A DNA stretch of 62,632 nt, filler included, from Stramenopiles sp. TOSAG23-2 (Eukaryota): the NCBI GenBank assembly GCA_900128395.1. It is 28 parts of 28 records of this genome, joined end to end, with 100 filler letters (N's around TTAATTAATTAA, not from the genome) between each part and the next. Parts side by side here need not be neighbours in the genome. Positions count along the whole stretch, not along the records: positions 1 to 2,149 come from LT651978.1; positions 2,250 to 4,398 come from LT651979.1; positions 4,499 to 6,647 come from LT651980.1; positions 6,748 to 8,896 come from LT651981.1; positions 8,997 to 11,145 come from LT651982.1; positions 11,246 to 13,393 come from LT651983.1; 22 more parts are not named here. One strand, 5' to 3'. This document shows positions 1-12,170 of the stretch, in pieces. The translations under genes were made by a program, and so were the position numbers. Under the pieces are notes generated by a model. The model saw nothing but the letters and a program-made list of their open reading frames with translations, searched no databases and was not told where the DNA came from. Numbering within the stretch: position 1 is the stretch's first letter; each line of letters begins with the position of its first letter.

Positions 1-2
1 AT

Positions 3-242
3 TGCCAAGCTTGGGTACAAAAAAACTCTGGTTGTGATACAATGATGTGTGGTACGAATAGTCATGGATCTATTTTACAAGCAATACGTAATGGTGGTTG
101 TGGGCATCAATTCTTTTGGTCAAGTTTGAAACCTGCAAGCACTTTCTATCATGGAATAAACGGTGAGCGTAGAAGTGGCACAATATCAAAAGAATATCGA
201 ATGCAAGCTATGAAAAAAGTATTCGGTGAGCAAAATAAGTAA
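3..242 (+). CDS. RBR-type E3 ubiquitin ligase, C-terminal RING2/Rcat fragment (5' truncated)
   Basis: Frame open from base 3: CQAWVQKNSGCDTMMC...GGCGHQFFW, matching the Rcat pattern C..IEKN.GC.HM.C...CG..FCW. Confidence 0.7.
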   Translation, partial: CQAWVQKNSGCDTMMCGTNSHGSILQAIRNGGCGHQFFWSSLKPASTFYHGINGERRSGTISKEYRMQAMKKVFGEQNK

Positions 243-1962
243 AAGATGAAAATATATATATTGCGGAAAATATGAGAAAATAACAGTGTACTGGTGAGAG
301 AGAGAGGAGAGGAGAAGTGATAGTAGATAGATGTTAATGTGTTTTTAAATTTTAAAAACAAAAATATTACACAATAATACTCGTATAAATTATAGTTTGC
401 ATGTACCCATTCTATTTCCATTTTAATTTTCCATTTTCTCGAAAAAGCAAAAGTAAAAAAAAAATACAATATTAATAAAAATAGACTGGAGTATAAAAAT
501 ACATTTACAGTAATTTGAAACACAACGTTGTGTTGAATCTACCGATCAATACAATATGGCAAGTGCACTTCAATTATTTAATTTCCAACAACTAGCTTCC
601 GAAGTGGCCGCACCGTGTAATATTTTATATAATTTGATTTACTACAATTTCCCCACTTATATTTCTCACTTTCACTAAAAAAATTTCGTTTTGAATTGAA
701 ATTTTTATATGCACCTGGTATGTAATGACACAATTCGTCAGCAAGGAAAAATCTGGCTGTATTGTGTCGAAGAGAAAGAGATCTCGAACAATGATATTGA
801 TGAGTTTCTTTGGAATTTAGAACTTTGTTCTTGTGTTCAAATTTTAAGGATTGCGGCCATAACGAAGGGGGGGGGGGGGGGAGGGGCAGGGCCGAATTTA
901 ATTGCCCCCATGTATATTAATTTAGCAGATCGCGTTTATCATGTAACACAACTAGAAAATAGACGTAGCAAGCCTGGAAAACCAACAGCATTAAAACAAC
1001 GAATCATTAAATATGGTGCTCATCATGTTTTGTATTATGGATGGTATTATCCATTACAGATGTTGTATTGGGTTGTTGACTTGCCCTAACAAATGTCGCC
1101 ATTCATTTTGAGATACAATACCATTCAATTTGGATGGAACAGCTTTTGCACTGTAATGAAAGCGTGGGGCAGAAAGTAAACGTCGTTTGCTTGTTAAAAC
1201 CACACCATTTTCTGACGTAGGATACAGTCTTTTTGTGTGTAAAACTCAATTTTACCAAAAATCCAAAAGCGGAAATCCCTATATTACAGAAATATTATTA
1301 ATCTAAAAAAAGGCTGGAAAATAACCACTGTGGTGGCCACCAAAACCAACAAGCCTATGCTATCTACATACTAAAACCCCAGATCGTTGGCAGGACTATA
1401 CCTGAAGAAAAGTACTATTAAGGTTTTTGTATGGTTTGCCTATTTCTTGCTAGGAAAGTGATAACTATAAAATATATTGAGTATCGATATGGAAAATTTA
1501 CACAAAAGAAAAAAGTGCAAAAAAGTAAAATAAAAGAACGATAAATTTATACGAAGCGTAATAAAATTTGTATAATATACAAATTATTTCAATTAGTACG
1601 AGAGATGTGCCATTAGGAAGTCTTTGTGGTTCTATATTTATAACTCTAGAATAACATTAACACTGACATTTCTATCTATAGGGTTGTTGGTATTAATATT
1701 GTAATAAAATGAAATTTTTGTTGCTAGTCCTGTAAAGAAAACTTGTAATAAAATTTTACTCTTCTCCTTTCCTAATACATACCCAAAATTTGCCTGGTGA
1801 TTTTCATTTTCCCTATCAAATGACACATAATTTATACTTGAAAGGGGAATTATATTCGCTTACTAATGATAGTTACAATGCTATTTTGCTACTAATGGAC
1901 GAAGCAGATATAAATAGATAGGGGTATTGTAGTTGGTAGTATATAAATATATATTATATTAA

Positions 1963-2148
1963 TTATTCTGTGTATATCCTCATCCATTCCACTTGTTGAT
2001 ACCCGTTTGATCCATCTCTTTTATATTGTTGTATAGCTTTTAATTGTGATCTCATATTATCACTAAGTTGATTATTATTTAGGTATAACCATTTTAATGT
2101 ATTGTTTGTTTTTAATACATCAATAATACTTTGTATTCCACTATTATC
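1963..2148 (-). CDS. C-terminal fragment of an RI-like leucine-rich-repeat protein (5' truncated)
   Basis: Manual translation: DNSGIQSIIDVLKTNNTLKWLYLNNNQLSDNMRSQLKAIQQYKRDGSNGYQQVEWMRIYTE*. Contains the LxxNxTLxxLxLxxNxL RI-type repeat; paralog at 17987-18163. Confidence 0.8.
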   Translation of the reverse strand, partial: DNSGIQSIIDVLKTNNTLKWLYLNNNQLSDNMRSQLKAIQQYKRDGSNGYQQVEWMRIYTE

Positions 2149-2149
2149 A

Positions 2150-2249
2150 NNNNNNNNNNNNNNNNNNNNNNNNNNNNNNNNNNNNNNNNNNNNTTAATTA
2201 ATTAANNNNNNNNNNNNNNNNNNNNNNNNNNNNNNNNNNNNNNNNNNNN
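2150..2249. other. Artificial contig linker (44 N + TTAATTAATTAA six-frame stop + 44 N); first of 27
   Basis: The same 100-bp linker recurs at 4399, 6648, 8897, 11146, 13394, 15641, 17887, 20133, 22379, 24625, 26871, 29116, 31361, 33605, 35849, 38091, 40332, 42570, 44806, 47040, 49272, 51501, 53729, 55956, 58183 and 60408. The intervening contigs fall in length from 2149 to 2125 bp. Confidence 0.98.
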
Positions 2250-2546
2250 TATATCAATATCTAATAATTTATGTTATAAGCATCAAATTGCGAAAATGGA
2301 CTGAGAAAATTAATGACAGTAGCCAATGGTATGTACCTAGTAAATAAATTCAATGTATCTATATATTCTGTTGCTATTCCTATGTTCCCACAGTGCTATC
2401 CCATGCTATAAGTACTTACATTGCTAAAACAATATGTTCAAAACAATGCTATTCCTATGTATATCCACTTTTGGGAACAACTCTGTACCGTCCACCCAAA
2501 ACATACATAAGATATTATTCGCAAAAAAAAACACATTTAACTTATT

Positions 2547-2865
2547 TCTTTTGTATACTACCAAGCCTACATGCCTATCAATTTTCACTACATAAAAACA
2601 CATAAAAAATAGAGTTTTTTTATTTTATTCAAGCACAAAAATGAATTATCTTTTGTATACTACCAAGCCTACACGCCTATCAATTTTCACTACATAAAAA
2701 ACACATAAAAAATAATAGAGTTTTTTTTTATTTTATTCAAGCATTCAAGCACAAAAATGAATTATCTTTTGTATACTACTAAGCCTACATGCCTATCACT
2801 TTTCACTACATAAAAACACATAAAAAATAGAGTTTTTTATTTTATTCAAGCACAAAAACGAATTA
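2547..2865 (+). repeat. Three tandem ~102-116 bp repeats upstream of PEX14
   Basis: TCTTTTGTATACTACCAAGCCTACATGCCTATCAATTTTCACTACATAAAAACACAT...TTCAAGCACAAAAATGAATTA starts at 2547, 2649 and 2765. Confidence 0.9.
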
Positions 2866-3176
2866 ATAAATAGATATCATAGAAAAGGTGTGATGGGGGT
2901 GTGATGTATATAGACGACAAGTGAAAAACAAAAGTAGATAGAAACAACAAAGGACTTATACGTATAATTATTTTTTCGATCACCTTTTTTTTGTTGTTTT
3001 GTTTTTGTATTATTTGTTTTTTTCACAATATAATAATATTATTATTATTATATTATTAAAATTGTAACAGAATACAAAACATAATTTAGTATATTTATTG
3101 TAGGATAAAAACAACAAGCATTTAACAGTATACCACAAAAAAAGTATCATCATTTTATATACATATATAATCAAAC

Positions 3177-4398
3177 ATGTCGTTACGAGAAGATATGGTA
3201 GAAAATGGTGTTGCATTTTGGAAACATGATCGTGTAAAAGATACACCATTTAATGAACGTATATCATTTTTACGACAAAAAGGATTAACACAAGAGGAAA
3301 TAGATGAAGTCAAACGACGTAGTATTGAAAGTGAACAACCAGGTGCAGATCCAGGAATGTATCGACAACCACCACCACAACAAAATTATAATAATAATAA
3401 TAATAATAATTACAGCAATCAAGGTGGTGGTGGTGGATATAATAACGGTGGTGGTGGTGGGTATAACAACAACAACAACAACAACAATATGCCACCACCA
3501 CAAATGCCATATCCACCAATACAATACGTATCACCACCACCACGTAGTGTTGGTTTTTTCGAAAGAATCTATAACATGCTAGCACCTATTGTAACTATTG
3601 GTGCATTAGGTTATGGTGGTTTATATTTGTATCAACGTATGTATGGTCCACCCCAATCGATGTATCAAAATGGTGGTGGTGGTGCAAATGGTCTATTTTC
3701 CCCCTTTCAACGAAACAATCCAATGGGTACACAACCTGGCACACCTGTTACACCACACGGATCTGTTGTACCCACTACACCTGGACAAACTCCTGGTAAT
3801 GCATTGCAAAATGGTGGTGTAAATACACCAAATAATAATACGAATGGAAACAATAATACAAACAATTCATCCCTTTTAAATGATACGCCATGGACTACAA
3901 GTAAATCAAGTGCACCTGAAATTACTAATTTAAGAGCTGAGATGAAAAGCATGACAGAAAATTTTGAAAGTCAATCAAAACAATTACGCGATGCAATTGC
4001 TACGTTAAATGAGATTGTTCAAACGCAAACAGCACAAAGTGCAAATAATACATCGATGGGTTTATTATTAGCAAACCATGCTGCAAATCAATCCGCACAA
4101 GAACGTGATATTAAAAAAGAATTAAGTCAAATTAAAGTTATCTTAGCAACTGGATTAACACCAAATGGTAAAGCTGGGGAAGGTACGCCAGCGAATAGTG
4201 GCGGTGCAAATGCATTTGCTGATATTTTAAAAGCAGCGGAAGAGGAAGATGCAAAAAAGAAAGAACAAGAGGAAAAAGAACGTAAAGAGAAAGAATTAGA
4301 TGAGAAAAAAGAGGAAGATATGACGGATGAGGAAAAGGAAATGAAGAAAAAACGTGATAAAGAAAAGCGAGAGAAGAAAATAAAAGAAGAAGTCGAGA
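3177..4398 (+). CDS. PEX14: Peroxisomal membrane anchor protein Pex14 (3' truncated)
   Basis: N-terminal Pex14 domain REDMVENGVAFWKHDRVKDTPFNERISFLRQKGLTQEEIDE, followed by a Pro-rich region, a hydrophobic helix (IVTIGALGYGGLYLY) and coiled coils. Confidence 0.88.
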
Positions 4399-5629
4399 NN
4401 NNNNNNNNNNNNNNNNNNNNNNNNNNNNNNNNNNNNNNNNNNTTAATTAATTAANNNNNNNNNNNNNNNNNNNNNNNNNNNNNNNNNNNNNNNNNNNNAC
4501 AGGTGTTGATACTTAATTTTTTCTTTGTATTAATTTATATATGATACCCTTTGAAATAGTATGTTATCAAATGAATCGTATTACAATGAAATCAAGAGAT
4601 GAAAAGGTGGTTATGAAGACAATACAAACAGATTGTACTTTTACTTCCACTTTCTCTTTGAACCCTTTTGTGATGTTGCACACAAATCTTTCTACTAATA
4701 GTACTTATATATATATATATTTGATGAAGAAAAAAAAGCTGTGTGTTGTTGATACTATTTCCATGCTAATTTGCTGTTTGTCGGTTGAATAAGCCAATAT
4801 AATAAGTATGGTACAATGGGCAAGCTGGCAAGGATAAGGTATATGATGTAATATATCCGTATAATATATAGAGCAGGTGTGGCATTTTAAAATGAACAAT
4901 ATCCACCTCCACTGAGTTCACCTCCGCCGTGATATTTACCTTAAATTAGGCACGTTTTTGACAGAATACGAAAACATACTAAATAATTATATTTCATGTA
5001 TTAATTATCAATTAATTACATACAAAGTGAATGAGATGTATACTAATTTTGGTCAATTTTGGTAAAAATGAGAATTGGATAAAATATACTTCATCAGAGC
5101 TGGTCTATCTAATACTTCGTCAGAGGTGGTCTATCTAATGCTATGCAGGTACTAATTGTTTACATTCCCATTTTATGTCGATCCTATTCCCCCATGCCGA
5201 TGTAATCTGTAATGCTATGTCCCTTCTAATTGTTTAAAGACAATTTTATACAATAGTATTCCGATGCTATTCCAAGCCTGTAAAATTTTGTATACTTACA
5301 AGTATATACAATCAAAATTCTAGTTTTAAACATAATACCATGTCCCCACCATTGTGTAGCACGTATACAGCACTACAGATCCACCAAAACCAGTCAATTC
5401 TTCTAAACCCTAATCCTAACTCAGTTAATCGAGAATCGGATTCTATCTTACATAACATCAAAATATTAACACTACACACTATTGATAAATGATAAATTAT
5501 AAATTTAAATATATATATATTTATAACACACACGTACATACTAGATGTAGACACGAAACATAATATTACGTAAATCAAAAGACAATTAAGAGTAACAAAA
5601 AGTATATTCTATATTTATTTTAATACATC

Positions 5630-5965
5630 ATGACGGTAAAAAGAAGAAATCACGGACGTAATCGCCCACCTGGTGCAAGAGGGCATGTTAAATTTGTAAG
5701 ATGTGACTCTACCTCCAAAGCAATCTCAAAAGATAAAGCAGTCAAAAGGTTTATGGTACGTAATATTGTTGATGCATCATCCATGCGTGATATCCTTGAA
5801 GCTAGTGTCATTGAAAATTACCAAATCCCAAAATTATACGTAAAAATGCACTACTGCATTGAAGCAGCTATCCATCAGCGTATTGTACGTGGTCGTTCCG
5901 CAGCTGACAGAAGAATCAGAGCACCACCACAAAGATTCAGAAGAAAGAAGGAAGACAAAAAATAA
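5630..5965 (+). CDS. RPS26: 40S ribosomal protein eS26
   Basis: MTVKRRNHGR...KDKAVKRFMVRNIVD...PKLYVKMHYC..AIH.RIVR.RS; intronless and full length. Confidence 0.97.
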   Translation: MTVKRRNHGRNRPPGARGHVKFVRCDSTSKAISKDKAVKRFMVRNIVDASSMRDILEASVIENYQIPKLYVKMHYCIEAAIHQRIVRGRSAADRRIRAPPQRFRRKKEDKK

Positions 5966-7113
5966 ATAATTGTACTTAAAAGTATTTATTTTAAAAAAAA
6001 AAAGAAATGTGATATAAATGTATATTATGGATATTTTAAATTTTCTATTGAAACAAGATGGTATTATATTAGATATGTTTGATATGAAGCAAGTGTTCAC
6101 AAAGAACAGTATCGAGATGTGGATACATGATGGTTTATATTTGGATACTATATATGTTAATAAATGTTGTGATTATAGTAAACATTGTGATCAAAAATGG
6201 ATATATAAGACCCCAGCTTTTTTCCATCTGGAAAAAAATAATAAAAAAAAGTATTTCTAATATTTAAAATCTTTTATGTTATGTTGAAAATAATATATAT
6301 GTGTATATAAACGTTTACTACATATACACATCTATTATATATAATTATGACTCCCATTCTCTGTTTAATTTTTTACGTACGTAATTTTTTTAATACGAAG
6401 TATTAATTTCTCGTTTTAGCACATCTCTTTTGCTCCTCCTCATTTTATCAAGATGAACTATCTCCTACTATATACGCATATGATACGAATATCATTTAGT
6501 ACAACATGATGTGGATATAAAAACTATAATATACACTGTACAACTTCAATTTTCCACCATATCATTTTGAAAAAAAAAAAAACTCTCAAGTACGCAATAC
6601 TCTACCATTACCATCTCGTATACCACGTTCACCATTTCCAAAATCATNNNNNNNNNNNNNNNNNNNNNNNNNNNNNNNNNNNNNNNNNNNNTTAATTAAT
6701 TAANNNNNNNNNNNNNNNNNNNNNNNNNNNNNNNNNNNNNNNNNNNNGGAAGCAGCTGGTTTGTTTCGCTTGTTAAAAACGCTGGAGTAGGATCTACTAA
6801 AAAATAAATTGACACACACGAAAATGCAAAAATATTTGGAGAGAGAGAGAGAGCGCGCGCGCACGAACGTTTTAATTATATATTCGTACGAATATTGAAA
6901 AAGAAAAAATAGACGCGAGAGAGAAATATTTCAACTTTTGTGGTATATATATACGCGATGTTATGGAGTGTGTATCTAGAGAACTTTTTTAAGTGTGTGT
7001 TACGTATTTAGCAACCTGCATTAATTTAAAATAAAAAAAATTTAAATTTTTTATACCGAAAGCCGGCGTATATTTTGTGTGTTAATTTCAATTCGGATTT
7101 CCCCCCGCACACG

Positions 7114-7367
7114 CACACTATTTTTTACTATTTCCATCTTCTTCTAGTTTCATCCCACTCATTTGATCAGCTAATGCTTTTTTAATTCCATCGCTTTTTC
7201 CTCCACCAGAACGCATTCGGCGTAACATTTCCTCCTTCTCCACACTATTTTTTACTATTTCCATCTTCTTCTAGTTTCATCCCACTCATTTGATCAGCTA
7301 ATGCTTTTTTAATTCCATCGCTTTTTCCTCCACCAGAACGCATTCGGCGTAACATTTCCTCCTTCTC
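7114..7367. repeat. Perfect 127-bp tandem duplication covering the WD40 gene 3' end
   Basis: 7114-7240 is identical to 7241-7367 (CACACTATTTTTTACTATTTCC...CCTCCTTCTC). Confidence 0.92.
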
Positions 7368-8080
7368 TTCTGCTGCCAATTTAAGTCTTTCTTCCTCTAA
7401 ATCAAATTCTTCAACTGGAATTGAAGTATACATAGCACTGAAGCCTCCCCAACCCTTTACTCTTGTTTTTCTATCACCCGTATACAGTATTTGCCCATTA
7501 GCTGACCACAACATCGCAGTAATTGGTGTAGGTATCTTTGGTGGCTTTTCATTTCTATTTCGTTCCTCTACATTCATTGTAGTGAAATCATCAGCAGTCA
7601 TACGGAAAAAATATTTCATGCGTAAAGATGCATGTACAGTTGTTCGATGGAAAATCAATGCACGAACATCCCAAAAATACATATACCCATCATTGGATGA
7701 GGATATTAACATTCCTAATGTATTATATGGATAATCACCCGTTTGAGGGGAACATAATAAACTGTTGGCTCCTTTTCTATGTCCAAAACCTTCACCAATT
7801 ACTTCCCAATCTTTTGACTTCCAAATTTTCAATACATCTTTGCAAATTGACGCTAAATGCCCTCTCCATTCACATAATGCTGTGACTGGGTGATCATGTG
7901 CATGTTTGATACTATGGTTGCAAAGCCAGCTGTGGAGCGTAGCGTATGAATGAGTAATGTAATGTGTTAGAGGATATACCTTTATTTTAAGTTTAGGAGA
8001 AGAGAATTTATTACTTGCCCACTAGTTACGTCCCATATATTAACCGTGCCACATTTATGTCCAGTGCAAGCATAATTCAT
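7245..8080 (-). CDS. WD40-repeat protein (exons 8080-8019 and 7929-7245; true start uncertain)
   Basis: Splicing a GC-AG intron (7930-8018) gives MNYACTGHKCGTVNIWDVTSG|WLCNHSIKHAHDHPVTAL...LKIWK...GH...SSSNDGYMYFWD...LYTGDRKTRVKGW, with GH...WD repeat signatures. Confidence 0.7.
7930..8018 (-). mobile_element. 89-bp GC-AG spliceosomal intron, candidate introner copy
   Basis: G|GCAAGT donor, CTAAC branch site and ...GCTACGCTCCACAG acceptor. Removal restores the reading frame. Similar along its length to the intron at 56993-57072. Confidence 0.65.
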
Positions 8081-8153
8081 TCTTAGGAGAAGAGAATTTA
8101 TTACTTGCCCACTAGTTACGTCCCATATATTAACCGTACCACATTTATGTCCA
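7993..8153. repeat. Direct repeat with 90-bp period covering the WD40 exon and donor site
   Basis: 7993-8063 matches 8083-8153 with one mismatch. Confidence 0.85.
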
Positions 8154-8996
8154 TATACATCTTTTTTATTTTTTTATAACGGGTATTTTATTGAAATTAT
8201 TAGAGATGTGTGTGCATTCATGTGCTCATCACAATCGTGCAATCGTGCAATCTGGCAATCTGGCAATCTGGCAATCATCCGGGCAAATCACATCCCTGGG
8301 ATCCCAGGGATCTCCCAGATCTCAATATTTTCATACTTTTTTTATATTTTTGCAGCGCTTTAGTAGTCTGCGTCGTCAGACTCTAGCGCTTTAGCTTCTT
8401 TTGTCTCTCTATCTCCTCAAAATTATATACGACAGGTATAGTACCCAGAGTACACAGATCTAGTAGTGTTGCCTATCAAACAGGTGTGATTGGAGATTGG
8501 AAGGTGGGCAACCAGCATTCAAACTAAAGCGAGCCCGGCAAGCCACAAATATATGGACTCCCCACAATGCTATGTCCATGCTGTACGATATAATAAAAAA
8601 TGTATACTAATAGCCATAGCCACTTTTTGAATTGCCAGATTGCATCCATCATTTTAATAAATAATTGAATTTGGACACACCACATAATAGACTATAATAC
8701 ATTGCAAACTTGGGCGGGGGAAATTCGAAATAAACATATAAGATTAAAATAGATAGGTACATACTATTTATAATTACAATACATTTATATTACAATTACA
8801 ATACATTTATATTACTAATTGCATTGCATACATACATACATATATATGTATATGGTATATTAATTTTTTTTATCTTTTTTCCTTTTTTTATTATAANNNN
8901 NNNNNNNNNNNNNNNNNNNNNNNNNNNNNNNNNNNNNNNNTTAATTAATTAANNNNNNNNNNNNNNNNNNNNNNNNNNNNNNNNNNNNNNNNNNNN

Positions 8997-9290
8997 ATTC
9001 TTTTGAAGAGTAGGAATTATCATGAGTAAATTAAAAATAAATTATGCGTAAATTAAATTATATATATATATTTGTATTATTTTTATGTTCTATCATATGT
9101 TATTTTTATAATTCACTTTCAAGTTTTCCACCTTTTGAACGTATAAGATCAATGATCTTTTGTTTAATTGGACTTATATTATTCTTGCGATTGAGTATTG
9201 AGCATATTACTTTAACACGAGAAGTGTAAAATTATTATAACTTAGATTTTAACCAATATATAACAAAGATAAATGATACGCTTCGTACTC
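8997..9290. repeat. Dispersed 3'-intergenic repeat motifs plus a remnant 3' end of an ankyrin paralog (~9105-9185)
   Basis: ATTCTTTTGAAGAGTAGGAATTATCA is also at 58157, with reverse-complement relatives at 13494, ~59140 and ~62390. TTATAACTTAGATTTTAACCA is also at ~31197 and 62141. 9119-9177 duplicates the ankyrin gene end at ~9457-9513. Confidence 0.75.
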
Positions 9291-9451
9291 GTACATAAAA
9301 ATAATAAGTAATTAATGTGTACGATGCAGAGATTTGAGATGTGTAGATGTGACTATCTTTATATTTTGTTTTATTATATATATATTTTATTATTTTATTT
9401 TATGTTATATTGTTATATGTTTTATATGTTTATTTTTTTATAATTCACTCT

Positions 9452-11145
9452 TTAACCAAGTTTTCCACCTTTTGAACGTATAAGATCAATGATCTTTTGT
9501 TTAATTGGACTTTTATTATATTCTGCCAAGTTCAGGGGAGTTTCTCCCGCCCCGTACCTGGTCTTGGTCTTCTTATTAATGCTATTAAGAGACATAACAC
9601 TACTACGACTACGACGACGACGACTATTAGTTAATAACAACTTAATCAACTTAGTATCCTTTCTGTTAAACTGTGCTGCCACATGTAATACATTATATCC
9701 ACATTTACTATCTGCAATATTAGGATCAGCTTCACCTTGTTCAATCAAATATTTAACTATTTGGAAATGTTCGTATCTTGCAGCTGCCATTAAAGGTGTA
9801 CGATCATCACCATCACTATTAGGATCAGCTTCACCTTGTTCAATCAAATATTTAACTATTTGGAAATGTTCGTGTCTTGCAGCCATCATTAAAGGTGTCC
9901 ATCCATCACCACCACCAATATCTTTACCTTCTTGATTCACGTATTCTTTCACTGCCATATTATTATTATTATTACCATTACGCCCTTTAATCAATAATTT
10001 CACATCCCCAAAACGTCCTTTTTCACATGCACATACTATTGGTGTACCTTTTGGATATACTTCTTTGTATAAAGTGAGCAATGTTTTAGCATCACTAACT
10101 CTATCGAATTTTGCACTTTGTTCTAATTCTGCACGTAGTTCTTCTTTTGCACGTTGTGTGTGTGTTTTTCCACCTTTTGAACTTATAAGATCAATGATCT
10201 TATGTGGATCATCCATATTATAATTATTCTCTAATTGGTACATCATTTTTGAGACTAACGAAACATATGCCATGTCCAGGGGAGTGTTTCCCCCGGACTC
10301 CTTCTTATTAATACTCTCAAGAGACATATTAGTTAATAAGAATTCAATCAACTCAGTATCCGTTCTGTTACTAGCTGCTACCCAATGTAATGCATTATAT
10401 CCACCACTATTTGCAATATTAGGATCAGCTTCACCTTGTTCAATCAAATATTTAACTATTTGGAAATGTTCTTCTCCTGCAGCTGCTATTAAAGGTGTAC
10501 GTTCATTACCATAACTATTTTTACCTTCTTGATTCACGTATTCTTTCAATGTCATATTATTATTACTACCATTCACATCATTATACCCTGTAATCAATAA
10601 TTTCACATCCTCAAAACGTCCTTTTTCACATGCACATACTATTGGCGTACCGCGTGGAAATTCTTTGTCATATTTATTCCTTAATTCATTACTTGCCAGT
10701 AATTCTTGTTGGTTCTTTATTTGGCTAAATTTATACTTTGATGAACCTAAAGATGTTTTTGTTAATTCAGAAATATCTAAAGTATCGAATACTGCAGTAA
10801 AGCTTTTTGCTGGTGGCTTATTCATGCTTTTTTGGGAATTTAAATTGTTTTGTTTTTTAGACGCAGGTTTCTCCTCTAGTGATGATTTTTTATTCGAATC
10901 TAGTGTAGTCTGCTTCTTCACGAAGAAGCGTCGAGCAAGCTTGAATAGTGTAGTCTTTATAATTGGTTTAGGTTTTTCTTTAATAACATTATTATCATCT
11001 ATTCTGGAGGGTACATTGTCCTTGGTTAAAACCTTACCATCCGTTTCTATATCCCCTGAATATGAATAGTCATCTGTACGATCTCTTATTGGCACAACAA
11101 GTTCACGCCCTTCATCCTGCTTCTTCAAACTTTCATCATCTTTAA
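9452..11145 (-). CDS. Ankyrin-repeat protein with two duplicated ankyrin modules (5' truncated)
   Basis: TPLxxAAxxEHFQIVKYLIEQGEADPN occurs three times and PxGTPIVCACEKGRFxDVKLLI twice. Same family as the genes at 22479-24624. Confidence 0.92.
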
Positions 11146-12170
11146 NNNNNNNNNNNNNNNNNNNNNNNNNNNNNNNNNNNNNNNNNNNNTTAATTAATTA
11201 ANNNNNNNNNNNNNNNNNNNNNNNNNNNNNNNNNNNNNNNNNNNNTTGTTTAGTTGCAACCATTTTATTGTTTTTATCAATAAATAAGTTTATTCCATTT
11301 ATTAATTCATTTTTTTATGTAATAGTAGTGCAATCCTGGCTGGCTGGCAATAATTTTTTTGATGACTAATAATAATAAGAGCACCTTTCAACTTCTTATT
11401 ATTATTTCTATTATTTAGCACCAGGTATAGTAGTCGTCTAGTAGTACCTAGCTAGTGTTTTTATTATAGCTGGCCATCCGCGGATATAGGATATCCGGCT
11501 GACTGGCTGATCCTGCTGTCGTCTGCTAAAAATGTACTGATAGGATCTTAATTAAAAATAAGTCTACAGATTTGGAATGGATGCGGTTTTTGTTATATAT
11601 CTGTTGAATGCTATGGCTATCCTTTCGCTAATCCGCGGTGAAACTTCCCCATCGATCCCTATACTATTGAAATACCATTGATTTTCCCCTACAAAAAAGA
11701 TATTTTTTGATCATATCCAATTTTTATGTTTATATTATCTTATTCTGTGGTATGTAGCTTGTATGCTTACTATCACAATAGCAAGTTAAAAGATCCTAAC
11801 TAGATCCTAGATGTACTACAAGGAAACACATAGGAAAAAATAGAATAAGAATAGAATTCTTTTATACTTTCATTATACAAACTTACACACATTTGCACAA
11901 TATTATAAATAGTACCTACATACCATTGCATACCGTAACGAACAATATGGACATTTATACTTTAAATACATATGAATCATACATATATTTTATAAACATT
12001 ACTACAAACAGGAACAGATTACATACGAAAGATATATTAAATAACATTGATATTAAATTAAGAAAATCTATTATTATAACTAATTTAATATTTGAAGAAA
12101 CTAATTTGAATAAACATTCGAAAGATATTAATCTAAATAACAAAATCATTTAAAAGGAAAAGAACACAAT

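Noticed and set aside
867-892. Poly-G tracts (also ~26843-26861) as G-quadruplex elements
   Set aside because: Simple homopolymers prone to sequencing error, with no supporting context.
950-1250. Possible decayed gene on the minus strand (PSKLNGIVSQNEWRHLLGQVN)
   Set aside because: Short and stop-interrupted, and the family is not recognisable with confidence.
2150-2249. Regularly spaced TTAATTAATTAA as a biological repeat or CRISPR-like array
   Set aside because: It is always embedded in 44+44 N and separates size-sorted contigs, so it is an artificial linker.
3285-3952. Numerous short antisense or alternative-frame ORFs in the ORF track
   Set aside because: They are shadows of real genes and trinucleotide low-complexity tracts, with no independent motifs.
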